From: an uncultured archaeon
GTDB taxonomy: Archaea; Asgardarchaeota; Lokiarchaeia; Sigyniarchaeales; SOKP01
NCBI GenBank assembly: GCA_964525635.1
Contig: CAZGJX010000042.1
Coordinates: 1-33,174, forward strand
Direction of reading: 5' to 3'
Length of the DNA stretch: 33,174 bases
Part shown: positions 18,017-28,444 of the stretch, in pieces
Layout of the letters: each line of letters starts with the position of its first letter
How positions within the stretch are numbered: the stretch's first letter is position 1
Position numbers and translations under genes: made by a program
Notes under the pieces: model-generated
Databases searched by the model: none
What the model was told of the DNA's origin: nothing
What the model saw: the letters and a program-made list of their open reading frames with translations, nothing else

Positions 18017-19012
18017 TTGAAAGGAATTATGATTCAAAAACAAGCTATTGACACAAGTAATTATGAGATTTGGACTCAAGAGTTAACTAAATATTATGCA
18101 AGAGGGGAAAATCAAGTTAAAGCAGTTGATAGTATTGATATATCTATGGCATCAGGTATTCATGGATTCTTAGGACCTAATGGCGCAGGTAAGACTTCAA
18201 CAATCAATATGCTCATTGGAGCAATCTCAATTACAAAAGGAATAGCATTTGTAAAGGGATTAAAGGCGGGATCTAGAAAGTGTAGAAAAATAATAGGATT
18301 TTTACCTCAGGATCCAGGACTTTATAGTAAATTGACAGGAAAACAATATTTAAAATTTGTTGCCCAAATGAATGGTGTTAAAAAGCTAGAAGCAGAAAGA
18401 AGAACAGATGAATTCTTAGAAAAATTCGATTTAAAGGATGCTGAAAATAGAAAGATTGAGACTTATTCGGGAGGAATGAAACAGAAAGTGGCATTTGCTT
18501 CAGCTTTAATTGGAAATGCAGAAATTTTTGTTTTAGATGAGCCAACATCTGATTTAGATCCTATTATGCGAAATAACATTATAAAAGACATAAAAAATCT
18601 TGCAAGAAACAAGAGTATTTTTGTGTCAAGTCATGTATTGTCTGAAGTTGAACTAATGTGTGATAGAGTTACAATAATAAATCGAGGGAAAATAATTACC
18701 ACAGATACTATAAAAAATATTAAAAAAATGCATACTACAGCAAAAAATATATATTTATTGGATACAAATTCAAATGAAAAAATCTTAGAAGATTTGAATG
18801 GAAAGGATTTTATTGATAAAGCATGGATTGATGAAGACCATAATATTATTAATATCATGCCAAAAGATACAGAAGCTCTCCAAAAATATATTCCAGAAGC
18901 TATAATTAAGAATAATCTTTTATTACGCAAATTTTATCAAAAAGAATCTACTTTACAAGAAATTTTTCTAGAAATGATGAATGAGGAGGGTGAGGAAAAA
19001 AATGTCAATTAG
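18017..19012 (+). CDS. ABC transporter ATP-binding protein (ABC-2 exporter type); ATG at 18029 is an alternative start
   Basis: Walker A GPNGAGKTS, signature YSGGMKQK, Walker B VLDEPT, SSH. Confidence 0.95.
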   Translation: MKGIMIQKQAIDTSNYEIWTQELTKYYARGENQVKAVDSIDISMASGIHGFLGPNGAGKTSTINMLIGAISITKGIAFVKGLKAGSRKCRKIIGFLPQDPGLYSKLTGKQYLKFVAQMNGVKKLEAERRTDEFLEKFDLKDAENRKIETYSGGMKQKVAFASALIGNAEIFVLDEPTSDLDPIMRNNIIKDIKNLARNKSIFVSSHVLSEVELMCDRVTIINRGKIITTDTIKNIKKMHTTAKNIYLLDTNSNEKILEDLNGKDFIDKAWIDEDHNIINIMPKDTEALQKYIPEAIIKNNLLLRKFYQKESTLQEIFLEMMNEEGEEKNVN

Positions 19013-19931
19013 TAAGAGTGAAGAACAAATAGAAATGGAATCAGTTAAGAAAGTATTTCCAAGTTTTATTCTTTTTAAAAAAACATTATTTAATGAAGTT
19101 GGTACACTTCCAAAATTTATCTGGGCTATCATAATAATGTTTTTATTAGGTCCATTGTTTGTTATCATCTCTATTAATCCAAGCCTTATTGATTATTCAG
19201 ATGAATCGATTTTTGATACTGGTTTAGGATTTGTGTATTTAATGTTAACAACCTCTATTGTATTCTCAATAATTATTTCAGTCTCAACAGCGCCAATGAT
19301 ATCATTTGAAATAAGAGAAGGAACAATGCTAATGCTAGTAAGTAAGCCAATAAGTAGGGCAAATATATTTTTAAGTAAATTTTTAGCGGTTTTTACATTT
19401 GGTTTTTTAATTAATTTAATATCATTATCTATTACCTGTTTATTGACGTATGCCCGCTATCCTTTCTATGATGTGTTACCCTTCTTTTTAGTTATTCTCG
19501 TATATTCATTGATTATATTAGTGTTTTTTGAATGTCTAACAATGGGGCTTTCTTGTATCTTAAGAAAGCCAAGAACTGTATTAATCATACCTGTAGGATT
19601 TATCATTTTCTTATTTTTAGTATTTTTAATGTTCAAACCTTTGCTTCTGTTAGGTGGAGAAACTAATCTATATGAGAAATATCATTTATATATTTTTGAT
19701 TTAAGTTATCATTTTGCTAACGCCTATTTTTTACTTGTTGATAATCTCCTTAATATTGAACCTAGTTTAATTTTTGTAATGTATAATGTAGCAGAATATG
19801 ATGATGGATTCGGCAACATAGTATATACAAATTATGTATCACCTATATTTTCTTTGATACTGTTAATCTCAATTGCTGTTTTGGCTGTAAGTATAGGATA
19901 TTTTTATTTTAAGAAAAGAGATATAAGTTGA
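19002..19931 (+). CDS. ABC-2 type permease
   Basis: About 6 TM helices, EIREGT...L.SKPISR..IFLSKF motif, ends FKKRDI; ATG 19002 after GGGTGAGG overlaps ATPase end. Confidence 0.9.
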   Translation: MSISKSEEQIEMESVKKVFPSFILFKKTLFNEVGTLPKFIWAIIIMFLLGPLFVIISINPSLIDYSDESIFDTGLGFVYLMLTTSIVFSIIISVSTAPMISFEIREGTMLMLVSKPISRANIFLSKFLAVFTFGFLINLISLSITCLLTYARYPFYDVLPFFLVILVYSLIILVFFECLTMGLSCILRKPRTVLIIPVGFIIFLFLVFLMFKPLLLLGGETNLYEKYHLYIFDLSYHFANAYFLLVDNLLNIEPSLIFVMYNVAEYDDGFGNIVYTNYVSPIFSLILLISIAVLAVSIGYFYFKKRDIS

Positions 19932-19984
19932 TAATCTTTTTTTTCTTTTTTATTTAAAATCTATTTAGATTGTTTTATTCGTAA

Positions 19985-20512
19985 TTATAATAATATTTTA
20001 TCTTGTTGTAAAAGTTCAAATGATAATTGGTCGAATAGTTCTTTTACGTTATATCCTGTCTTTGAAGATGTTTCATAAAACATTTTGATATTATTTTCTT
20101 CCTGAAATTCTTCAGCCTCATTATCAGCAACTACTCGTTTGGTATCTCCTAAATCACTTTTACATCCTACTAAAACAAAAACAGGATTCTTTTTTTTATC
20201 AATTATATCATACCAGTTGGATAACTTTTCAAAAGAAGCCCTTCTTCCAACATCATAACATAATAAACATCCTTTTACACCTCTCGAATAATTTGGCAAA
20301 AAGAACTGAAACCTACGTTCTCCAGCAAAATCCCAAAGCTGCAGGGTAACCTTTTTATCATCAATATTAGTATAATAGGTTGATAAATCTGCGCCAATTG
20401 TAATTTTTTGTTCTATATATCTTCCTGTGATTAATCGTTTTACCATAGTACTCTTTCCTACTCCGCCATCACCTACGATACATACTTTAAAAAGAAGTTT
20501 TCGTTTTGTCAT
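19985..20512 (-). CDS. Rab-like small GTPase (likely start ATG 20512)
   Basis: FKVCIVGDGGVGKS, TIG.D, LQLWDFAGERRF, GCKSD, ETSSK.G.NV.ELF; no C-terminal Cys prenylation motif. Confidence 0.92.
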   Translation of the reverse strand: MTKRKLLFKVCIVGDGGVGKSTMVKRLITGRYIEQKITIGADLSTYYTNIDDKKVTLQLWDFAGERRFQFFLPNYSRGVKGCLLCYDVGRRASFEKLSNWYDIIDKKKNPVFVLVGCKSDLGDTKRVVADNEAEEFQEENNIKMFYETSSKTGYNVKELFDQLSFELLQQDKILL

Positions 20513-20580
20513 TTTGTCAGTTAAACGGGTTTTTTTTTTAACTATATAGCAATAATACAATAATACTATTATTTAAAATC

Positions 20581-21456
20581 TTATTCTCTATCCAAATTAT
20601 TTATAAAGGTTTTATTTAAAGTTCGAAACTTTTCTAAAATCAATATCTTCAAATTTTCAGACATTGAATTTAAAAATTTTTTTAATGATTCTGGATTAAT
20701 ATTATGGCTTTCTCTATATACTAAAAATAATAATATAATCGTAAAAATTGGGGAAATTAGAAGAAGGGGGTAAAATATAAAGTGTAATAATAAAGGTTGA
20801 GATGATTCTATCCCTGTTCCAGGAAGAATAAAATTATATCCTGGAATATATGCGTTATAAGTAAGAAATGTAAATAGCCAGTTGAAAGCATTTAATATTA
20901 AAAATAAAGACATACTGAGATATAATATCAATTTAATCTTTCTTAAATTGATATTGTGTATAAATGTATTATGATTAATATTTTCTTTTTCAATATTGAC
21001 GTTATATTTAGTTATATCTATTATAATATGACAATAATTCCATATATCAATAAAAATCCAAAAGTAAGTGAAGGTATAGATAAAAATAAATATAATAATA
21101 AACAAAAAACTATAATCGTTAATTAGCTGAGGGTGATAAAAAGACTCTGCTCCAATCCAAAATATAAAAATCAGCTGTAAAAGAGAAGAAAAAAATAATC
21201 TATTTGCATGTTTTTTCTCAGATCCTAATGGATTATAGATAATATAATACTCATTAAATTGTATTCTCCATTTATTTTCATTTATTAAATTAAATATAAC
21301 TGAAAATGAAAAAGTGATTAGAGGAAAAAGTAAAAGGAATATACTATCCCAGACTTGGGAAATTGTAAAGATATATAATATAAAAAATAGAATTAAATTT
21401 CTTAAAATACTTTCAGAAAATAATTCTCTTAAAGATAAGTAATATTTATTATTCAT
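20581..21456 (-). CDS. hypothetical integral membrane protein
   Basis: About 6 hydrophobic segments; no family recognised. Confidence 0.75.
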   Translation of the reverse strand: MNNKYYLSLRELFSESILRNLILFFILYIFTISQVWDSIFLLLFPLITFSFSVIFNLINENKWRIQFNEYYIIYNPLGSEKKHANRLFFSSLLQLIFIFWIGAESFYHPQLINDYSFLFIIIFIFIYTFTYFWIFIDIWNYCHIIIDITKYNVNIEKENINHNTFIHNINLRKIKLILYLSMSLFLILNAFNWLFTFLTYNAYIPGYNFILPGTGIESSQPLLLHFIFYPLLLISPIFTIILLFLVYRESHNINPESLKKFLNSMSENLKILILEKFRTLNKTFINNLDRE

Positions 21457-21616
21457 TTTAGATCTTAAAATATTCTTAATAAATAAACTTTTATGGGGGT
21501 TATCAATATAAACTCTAAATTATAAACCTATATATAACTTCTTAAACTTTATAAGTAGGATTTTATAAGAAGTCAAAAATACAATAACTATAAAAAACTA
21601 AAAAAGAATATAGGCT

Positions 21617-23767
21617 ATGAGATTCTGTCCTAATTGCGATAACATTCTGAGGACTAAAGAAAAAAGACTTTATTGTAGAACATGTGCTGAATTTTTTGAT
21701 CATGATAAAAAACAAAATAATAATAATGTCAGCAAAATTAAAAAAAAGGGAGTTAAGCAACCTCTACCTATTATCACGAAAGATCATCTAAAATACCAAC
21801 ATTTTTTTCCATATGATGATTTTAGAATTTCTCAAGAAAATATAATTCAACAAATAGAAAAAAATTCAAAAGAAAGAAAAACAATTTTATTATCTGCACC
21901 AAATGGAACTGGTAAAACAATTATCGCATTAAGTTCACTGCTTCCAATTGTATTTAAACATGATTTAAAAATAATATATTTATGTCGTACACATTCCCAA
22001 ACTACTAGAGTTATAAGAGAATTAAAAATGATTTCTGCATTCATATCTGAAAAATATGAAAACCTTAAATTAAATGGTATCTCAATTAGAGGTCGGAATG
22101 AGATGTGTCTTAATAAAACACTTTTATCCCTTAAACCAAATTCAAATGAGTCCATGTCTATTTGTAAAGATTTGAGAAATAATCGTAATTGTTCTCATTT
22201 CTTAAATTTACTTAAAAAAAAAGATGGATTAGATAATCCCATATTAATTTCACCTGAGCTTTTAGATAAACCAGTTGATGCCGATGATCTTATCCTTCTT
22301 TGTAAAGAAAAAAAAATATGTCCCTATTTTTTAAGTAAATATCTTTTATCAAAAATGAAAGTTATTATATGTAATTACCAGTGGATTCTTAATCCATTTA
22401 TTAGAAACTCTTTTTTGAAATTCATTGACAAAGAACTTCATGAGTGCATTATAGTTATAGATGAATGTCATAATATCATTGATTTGGCCACTGAAATAAA
22501 TTCATCTAGAATATCCCCTTATACATTAAGGTTATGTTTGAGGGATTTAGAATTGTATAGATCTCCAAATATTATGCAAATGTTTGTCAAAATCCTTCTA
22601 GAGCACCTAATTAAGAAGAAAAAGGACCTTAAAGTTTCTGAATTAGAAATTTCACCGAATAAAATACTGAATAATATTTTATTAAAATTAGGTTTCATCG
22701 ATTTAAATGAATTTAATAATTTTATTAATGATTTATTTGATTTCAGCATTGCAATACATGAAGAAAAAACTGCTAATGGTGTAATTTCAAGAGATTTTGT
22801 TGGTTCTTTAGCAGAATTTTGGAAAATATGGATAAAAACTTCAACTTTAGAAAATTACTTCTTTTGTTATTCTATTAAAGAAAAAAATGAAAAGAAAACA
22901 ATTAATATGGAAATAGTTGCGCTAGATCCAAGAGAAATAATGATCCCAGTTTTAAAATCATCTTATTCTAATTTACATCTCTCTGGTACTATAAATCCTT
23001 ATGTTTATCACAATTTAATTGGATTGAATCAAAGTGGAAAATCATATAAAGGAATTGTTGCTGACACACCTTTTAAAAAAGAGAATATTAAAGCTTTAAT
23101 AATAGAAGGTGTAGATACGAAAAGGAACAATAGAATACCTTATATGTTTAAAAAAATGATTCAAAAAATAGATGAGGTTTTATATTCTACTCCAGCAAAT
23201 ATAGGAATATTTTGTGCTTCGTATCGTATTTTAAGGGAGTTAATTTCCAATGGTATTGAACAGATAGTTGAAAAGAATAATAAAAAATTATTTATAGAAA
23301 AACCAGGATTAACTGCTTCAGAAAACGCCCTATTAATTCAAGATTTTAAGTCAATGGCTTATCCCCCTTATAATGGAGCGATTCTTTTAGGTGTTTGTGG
23401 AGGGAGAAATTCTGAAGGTGAAGATTATCCTGGGGATGCTATGAATTCTGTAATAATTGCTGGATTTCCATATCATTTACCAACTCCTAGAGTTGAGGCT
23501 AAAATTAAATATTATGATAAAGTATTTAAGCATCAGGGATGGAATTTTGGTTATTTGTATCCCGCAATACAAAGAGCAAATCAAGCATCAGGACGTCCAA
23601 TTAGAAAGTTAGAAGATAAAGGGGCAATAATATTCTTGGATAGCAGATTTGAACAGAAATTTAAATGGATTTCTAACTGGATTAAAGAGCAAATAGAAAT
23701 CGTCCCAGATAAAGGAAATGCAATAGTACAGCACTTATTTCCCTTTTGGAAAAAAAAAAAGATTTGA
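21617..23767 (+). CDS. xpd: XPD/Rad3-family Fe-S DNA helicase with N-terminal zinc ribbon
   Basis: FPY...R..Q Q-motif, APNGTGKT, RTHSQ, Fe-S cysteines ending in CPY, DECHN, SGT, GR.SEG.DYPG, Q..GR.IR...DKG...LD.RF. Confidence 0.92.
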   Translation: MRFCPNCDNILRTKEKRLYCRTCAEFFDHDKKQNNNNVSKIKKKGVKQPLPIITKDHLKYQHFFPYDDFRISQENIIQQIEKNSKERKTILLSAPNGTGKTIIALSSLLPIVFKHDLKIIYLCRTHSQTTRVIRELKMISAFISEKYENLKLNGISIRGRNEMCLNKTLLSLKPNSNESMSICKDLRNNRNCSHFLNLLKKKDGLDNPILISPELLDKPVDADDLILLCKEKKICPYFLSKYLLSKMKVIICNYQWILNPFIRNSFLKFIDKELHECIIVIDECHNIIDLATEINSSRISPYTLRLCLRDLELYRSPNIMQMFVKILLEHLIKKKKDLKVSELEISPNKILNNILLKLGFIDLNEFNNFINDLFDFSIAIHEEKTANGVISRDFVGSLAEFWKIWIKTSTLENYFFCYSIKEKNEKKTINMEIVALDPREIMIPVLKSSYSNLHLSGTINPYVYHNLIGLNQSGKSYKGIVADTPFKKENIKALIIEGVDTKRNNRIPYMFKKMIQKIDEVLYSTPANIGIFCASYRILRELISNGIEQIVEKNNKKLFIEKPGLTASENALLIQDFKSMAYPPYNGAILLGVCGGRNSEGEDYPGDAMNSVIIAGFPYHLPTPRVEAKIKYYDKVFKHQGWNFGYLYPAIQRANQASGRPIRKLEDKGAIIFLDSRFEQKFKWISNWIKEQIEIVPDKGNAIVQHLFPFWKKKKI

Positions 23768-23786
23768 TGATTATATATCATCAAAT
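23762..23786. terminator. 10-bp perfect inverted repeat ATTTGATGAT-tatat-ATCATCAAAT overlapping the xpd stop
   Basis: Hairpin at a convergent gene end; terminator role inferred. Confidence 0.4.
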
Positions 23787-23808
23787 TAAATTATTTAATT
23801 TAAAATAA

Positions 23809-23859
23809 TTAATACTTCCATTTTCGTCTTATTATTGATTTTCCTCCTTTTTTTTTCAT
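23809..23859 (-). CDS. candidate 16-aa basic micropeptide MKKKGGKSIIRRKWKY
   Basis: ATG..TAA; AGGAGAG at 23873-23879; TATA-like TTTTTAAA at 23917-23924; hairpin downstream. Confidence 0.4.
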   Translation of the reverse strand: MKKKGGKSIIRRKWKY

Positions 23860-24170
23860 TAAAAAATTAATTCTCTCCTGTTTAAAGAGATCTGGTAAGA
23901 ATTTTAAGTACTAATGTTTAAAAACTTATTGTCAATATAGCTTAAATCTCTCAATTAATTTTTAATCATTATTTATTAAAATTTCATTAAATATTTATTA
24001 ATCCTTATTAAGATTTTAGCAAGAATTTAATAACAATCTTAATATATACATATTTCTATTTTTAAAAGAGAAATTGATAAAGATAAAAATAATATTATTT
24101 TACGTTTATCAATTATAAAGTTAATATATAATAATATTAGGAAGAAATAGTATATTTTTAAGGTTTAATT

Positions 24171-25946
24171 TCAATTTCTAAACTTCTTATATAATCTAAT
24201 TAATTTTTGAGTAACAATTTTCCAGCGAAAAATATGATTAACTCTCTTATAACAATTTTCTCTAATTTTATCATAAAAATGTGTATCTAAAATAACTCTT
24301 GACTTAATAAAATCATCTGGAATTTGATTTATCATTTGGAGGATTTCAGGTTGATATAAATCTTCAGTTTTAGATATCTCTACTAAATGAAAAAAAGAAA
24401 CTAATGCTTCTGCAAATTTAGATGGTTTTTCTTTCTCAACTAAATACCCTGTACAGTTTTGATTATCAGATCTTATATCAATGATAGTTTCCTGTAGTCC
24501 TCCCACTCTTGTTGCTATGATAGGTAACTTTAAAGCCATTGCTTCAAGAGCAATTATTCCAAAAGGTTCCCATCTGGATAAAGCACAATATACATCCGCT
24601 GCGAGATGAGCTAAATAGAAGATTTCAGGAGCACTTCCAAAAATTATCCTTATATTATTAGGATATTTCTTCGCATATTGAGCATAGGTTTCTATTTCTT
24701 TCAAACTATATTCCGTGGGTAAGATAAGAAATAAGAACTTAGCATTAGGAATAATTTTTACAACTTCAGAAGCAGCTTCAAAAATAACTTCAAATCCTTT
24801 TTGAGGTGATATTCTCCCTGTAGTTATTACTAATGGACCAGATTCTTTAAAAGCTTTCATATTCCCATTTTTTATAAAGGGATTTCCATTAGAAATCTCT
24901 CTAATGGTATTAAGAATTTTTTTAGAATTAATTAACGGACTTTTGGCTAAATTACCTATTTTATATGTTAATAAGTATTTCTTCATATCTTCTCTGGTAA
25001 TTTTAGAATGGTATGGAATTTGTAATATATCTCTGATTTCATTTCCGAGGTTATCAATGACACTCTTTAGAATTTCCTCATATTCCCAATCACATCCATT
25101 CCAAATAAAATCGGATTTAAACCCTATTAAATATTCTCCAAAATTGCGAATTATATCTGATTTTAAATATGATTTACTCACTGTAGTAACCAAATCACTT
25201 ACAACACATCCAATCTTTTCTACTGAAGGCAAATAAATTCCTCTAAAATCTAGAGTTTTTTCACATAAAGCAAATATTTCTTTTAAAGTAAGATATTTAT
25301 TTCCATCTCTTAATAATATCCTTATTGGAGTATCATCTATACCACATTTCTCATAAAATTGGATGTGGTATTTTGGATATGTTAATAAGTGAATTGTAAT
25401 AACTGAAAAAACATCTAATTGATTTTTATTTAAAGCTTGTTTCATAGTAATGAATGCTGGAACAACATGATAATCATGAAGATGCACTAAATATGGTAAT
25501 TTACCCTTATGATTAGATATTAAATGATAAATATAATTTCGTATACCTAAACTGAAAAAGCATACTTTACCATTAAAAGTTTCTGGATTATATACAACAT
25601 TATCATCTAAATATGTTTTAGTAAATGAATTTTCTCCTGATATTAAAATTACTTTTATATCATTAATAAGAAACGTATAATAAGAAATAATAATTTCTTC
25701 TTTTGGCTTAAAAATACCTAAAAAATTAGGATTAATAGTCTCTTTATATACGAAAGATAATTTCTCCCAATCATATTTTTGCTTTAGTTTTTCTATTTGA
25801 CCATGGGATGGAATAAAAATTGTGACATCAAATTCTTCCTTTAGATATTTCACTTGGTTAGCAGGAACTTCTCCTAATCCCCCTACTTTAACAACTTCTG
25901 CATATTCAAAAGTAAAAATCCAAACTTTATCTTTATTATTTATCAA
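24171..25946 (-). CDS. glgA: glycogen synthase (GT5)
   Basis: KVGGLGEV, HLHDYH, TTVS..Y, WNGCD, GRIS.QKG, SRWEPFGIIALEAM, VGGL.ET. Confidence 0.88.
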   Translation of the reverse strand: MINNKDKVWIFTFEYAEVVKVGGLGEVPANQVKYLKEEFDVTIFIPSHGQIEKLKQKYDWEKLSFVYKETINPNFLGIFKPKEEIIISYYTFLINDIKVILISGENSFTKTYLDDNVVYNPETFNGKVCFFSLGIRNYIYHLISNHKGKLPYLVHLHDYHVVPAFITMKQALNKNQLDVFSVITIHLLTYPKYHIQFYEKCGIDDTPIRILLRDGNKYLTLKEIFALCEKTLDFRGIYLPSVEKIGCVVSDLVTTVSKSYLKSDIIRNFGEYLIGFKSDFIWNGCDWEYEEILKSVIDNLGNEIRDILQIPYHSKITREDMKKYLLTYKIGNLAKSPLINSKKILNTIREISNGNPFIKNGNMKAFKESGPLVITTGRISPQKGFEVIFEAASEVVKIIPNAKFLFLILPTEYSLKEIETYAQYAKKYPNNIRIIFGSAPEIFYLAHLAADVYCALSRWEPFGIIALEAMALKLPIIATRVGGLQETIIDIRSDNQNCTGYLVEKEKPSKFAEALVSFFHLVEISKTEDLYQPEILQMINQIPDDFIKSRVILDTHFYDKIRENCYKRVNHIFRWKIVTQKLIRLYKKFRN

Positions 25947-26175
25947 TATAAGTTTAATCTATGTTTTAATTAGATCGTTATGGTTATTTTAAATATATTC
26001 TATATTTTTTTAATCCAATTCTTTAGAAATATAATTTTAATAAAAGTTTAATTGAATTAGAATTTGTCTGTTATAATAACAAGCGCAATACTATTTAATT
26101 ATAACAAAAACTATTAAAGATCTCATTAATAATTATAATAATTTAATTTGAAAGTGAATAATAGAGTCATATAAA

Positions 26176-26553
26176 ATGGTTGAAATTGAGTTTATTAACA
26201 CTGAGAATATGAAAGTAGGCCCATATAGTCATGCTACAAAAATGGGAAATTTAATATTCATATCAGGACAAATACCCGATGTTGGACTTACTGATATTGA
26301 GAGTCAAACAAATTCTGCATTCAAAAAAATTAAAGATATTTTAGAAGTAGCTGGATCCAAAGTTACAAATATCTTAAAGGTAACTGTCTTCCTTAAAAAC
26401 ATAAAAGAATTTGAAAAAATGAATCAAGTATATGTAAAGTTTTTTGAAGATAATGGTATTATTGATAAATTTCCTGCTAGAACAACGGTAGAAATTTCAA
26501 ACCTGCCCAAATCTGATATAAAGATAGAAATTGATGTAATTGCTACTATTTAA
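26176..26553 (+). CDS. ridA: RidA (YjgF/YER057c/UK114) enamine/imine deaminase
   Basis: GPYSHA, ISGQIP, KVTVFL, F..MN.VY..FF, PAR, LP....IEID.IA. Confidence 0.93.
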   Translation: MVEIEFINTENMKVGPYSHATKMGNLIFISGQIPDVGLTDIESQTNSAFKKIKDILEVAGSKVTNILKVTVFLKNIKEFEKMNQVYVKFFEDNGIIDKFPARTTVEISNLPKSDIKIEIDVIATI

Positions 26554-26580
26554 ATAAAAAGTTTAATTTAAATTCTAATT

Positions 26581-27720
26581 ATGAGTGCTAGAATAAAAAG
26601 TATTGATTTCCTTCGAGGATTATGTATGGTTTGGATGATATGTGGTCATCTTTCTGAATGGTGGCTACTTCAATCAGTTTTTGATAATATTAATACGGAT
26701 ACATGGAATATATTTTATATTTTTGACTTCCTAGGAGCATCTGGATTTCTATTTATTTCTGGTGTGGGTATTACCTTATCTTATAGAATTAATTATACAA
26801 AAAGTATTCAATCTCAAGATTTTAATTTTAAAAAATATCGTTTTAAATATTTCACAAGAATTCTTTTACTTTTCTTAATTAGTTTGACCTACAATTCAAT
26901 TGTAGCTATAGGAGAAGATGATCCTAGTAAAATGTGGATATGGTTTATTTTGCAAACTCTTTCTTTCTCTCTTTTAATTTCATGGTCAATTCTAAAAATA
27001 AATAAATATTATAAAATCATAGTTGCGATTATTTTTTTTATCATAAATGAAATTATATGGTTCTATGTAGTGGATTATAACCAATTATATAATACTCCTG
27101 GAGGTGTCATTTATTATATTCTTTATAATAATCCCACTCTTAGCCCTATATTACAATTTTTCCCAATCTATATGGTTGGTAGTTTTCTTGGTGACCTTAT
27201 TTATGAAAATATAATAATAAAACCTCAGAATGAAGATATCTCAAATTCTATGTTTATTAAGAAATTTACTCTACCTTTAATTAGTATTGGATTAATATTA
27301 GTTATCATATCCATATCCATTTATCCAGAACATCCCTTTCCTCCTTATTTTAAACCAAGAGAATCATCTTGGATTATTTATTCAATAGGTGCTCTTGTTT
27401 TTCTCTATACTCTCTTTTTAACAGTTGAAAGGTTTCAAATAATTAATATAAAAAGTAAATATCGATTTTTCTATTATTATTCTTTTTATTCATTTACTAC
27501 ATTTATACTTCAATTGGTATTAGAACCATTATTTTTGAAGAAACTAAACATAATTTGGTTTATAATAGCAGTTCCTACTACGATTTTATTAATAGGCTTA
27601 TTTCTAAGATTGCTTTACTTCACTTTGGGTAAATATGCATCAATCAGAAATGCAATTAGCTTTGTATCTTCATATTTAGCAGATTTATTTTATAAAAAAG
27701 ATAAAAAAGAAGAGATTTAA
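26581..27720 (+). CDS. HGSNAT/DUF1624-like membrane acyltransferase-family protein
   Basis: RIKSIDFLRGL.M..MI..H, F.FISG, ILQ; about 10 TM helices. Confidence 0.75.
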   Translation: MSARIKSIDFLRGLCMVWMICGHLSEWWLLQSVFDNINTDTWNIFYIFDFLGASGFLFISGVGITLSYRINYTKSIQSQDFNFKKYRFKYFTRILLLFLISLTYNSIVAIGEDDPSKMWIWFILQTLSFSLLISWSILKINKYYKIIVAIIFFIINEIIWFYVVDYNQLYNTPGGVIYYILYNNPTLSPILQFFPIYMVGSFLGDLIYENIIIKPQNEDISNSMFIKKFTLPLISIGLILVIISISIYPEHPFPPYFKPRESSWIIYSIGALVFLYTLFLTVERFQIINIKSKYRFFYYYSFYSFTTFILQLVLEPLFLKKLNIIWFIIAVPTTILLIGLFLRLLYFTLGKYASIRNAISFVSSYLADLFYKKDKKEEI

Positions 27721-27841
27721 CGTTATATTGAAAAAAAACCTAATAAACCATCAAGAATCTTAAAAATCTAAAATTTTTTATTTTTTCATTCATTTTCTTT
27801 TTTAAATTTCTGAAATTAACGATTTTTAAAAGGTAGCTTTT

Positions 27842-28135
27842 ATGTCTATAAATAAACTAGAAGTATTAGGAATGCAAGGATCTATTGCAAATTATCGAAG
27901 AGGACGTCATACTGTCCATCTTAAACAGTGTATATTAGTTTTTCCAACCATAAATTCTAGAAAAGAAGCAAATAAACTTATAGGAAGAACTGTCTTATGG
28001 GTAAGTAAAAGTGGGAAAGAATTAAAAGGGCAAATTACAAGAGCACATGGAAATAAAGGTGCTGTTAGAGCTAGCTTTAAAAAAGCAGGCCTTCCAGGAC
28101 AAGCTTTAGGAAATAAAATTAAGATAATTAAATAA
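27842..28135 (+). CDS. rpl35ae: 50S ribosomal protein L35Ae (eL33)
   Basis: G.I.NYRRG, A.KLIGR.V.W, G.ITRAHGNKGAVRA.F...LPGQALG. Confidence 0.96.
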   Translation: MSINKLEVLGMQGSIANYRRGRHTVHLKQCILVFPTINSRKEANKLIGRTVLWVSKSGKELKGQITRAHGNKGAVRASFKKAGLPGQALGNKIKIIK

Positions 28136-28444
28136 AAATATAAAATATATTTTGAGTATCTAAATGGATAAGAATAAATTCTGAAATATATTCTTAAAAC
28201 TTTATTATATTAGCAGTACTAAAGCTACATTAATAATTATAAAAGTGTATTAATCTAATTTTAACATCTATATCTATATTATACATGAAAAATCATTTAG
28301 GACTTAAATATTTATAAAGAATATTTAAAGGAATATACAAGCGTTTTTAGGATAATACATAAATAATATAGATATTTTTCAATTAATTTTCACGTTTTAT
28401 TGATAAAGCGATTTTTTTAAAAATTTTATTTAGGTTTAATAACA

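Noticed and set aside
20513-20560. N-terminal MYYCYIVKKKTRLTDK extension of the Rab-like GTPase
   Set aside because: Looks like AT-rich intergenic sequence; ATG 20512 gives the normal distance to G1
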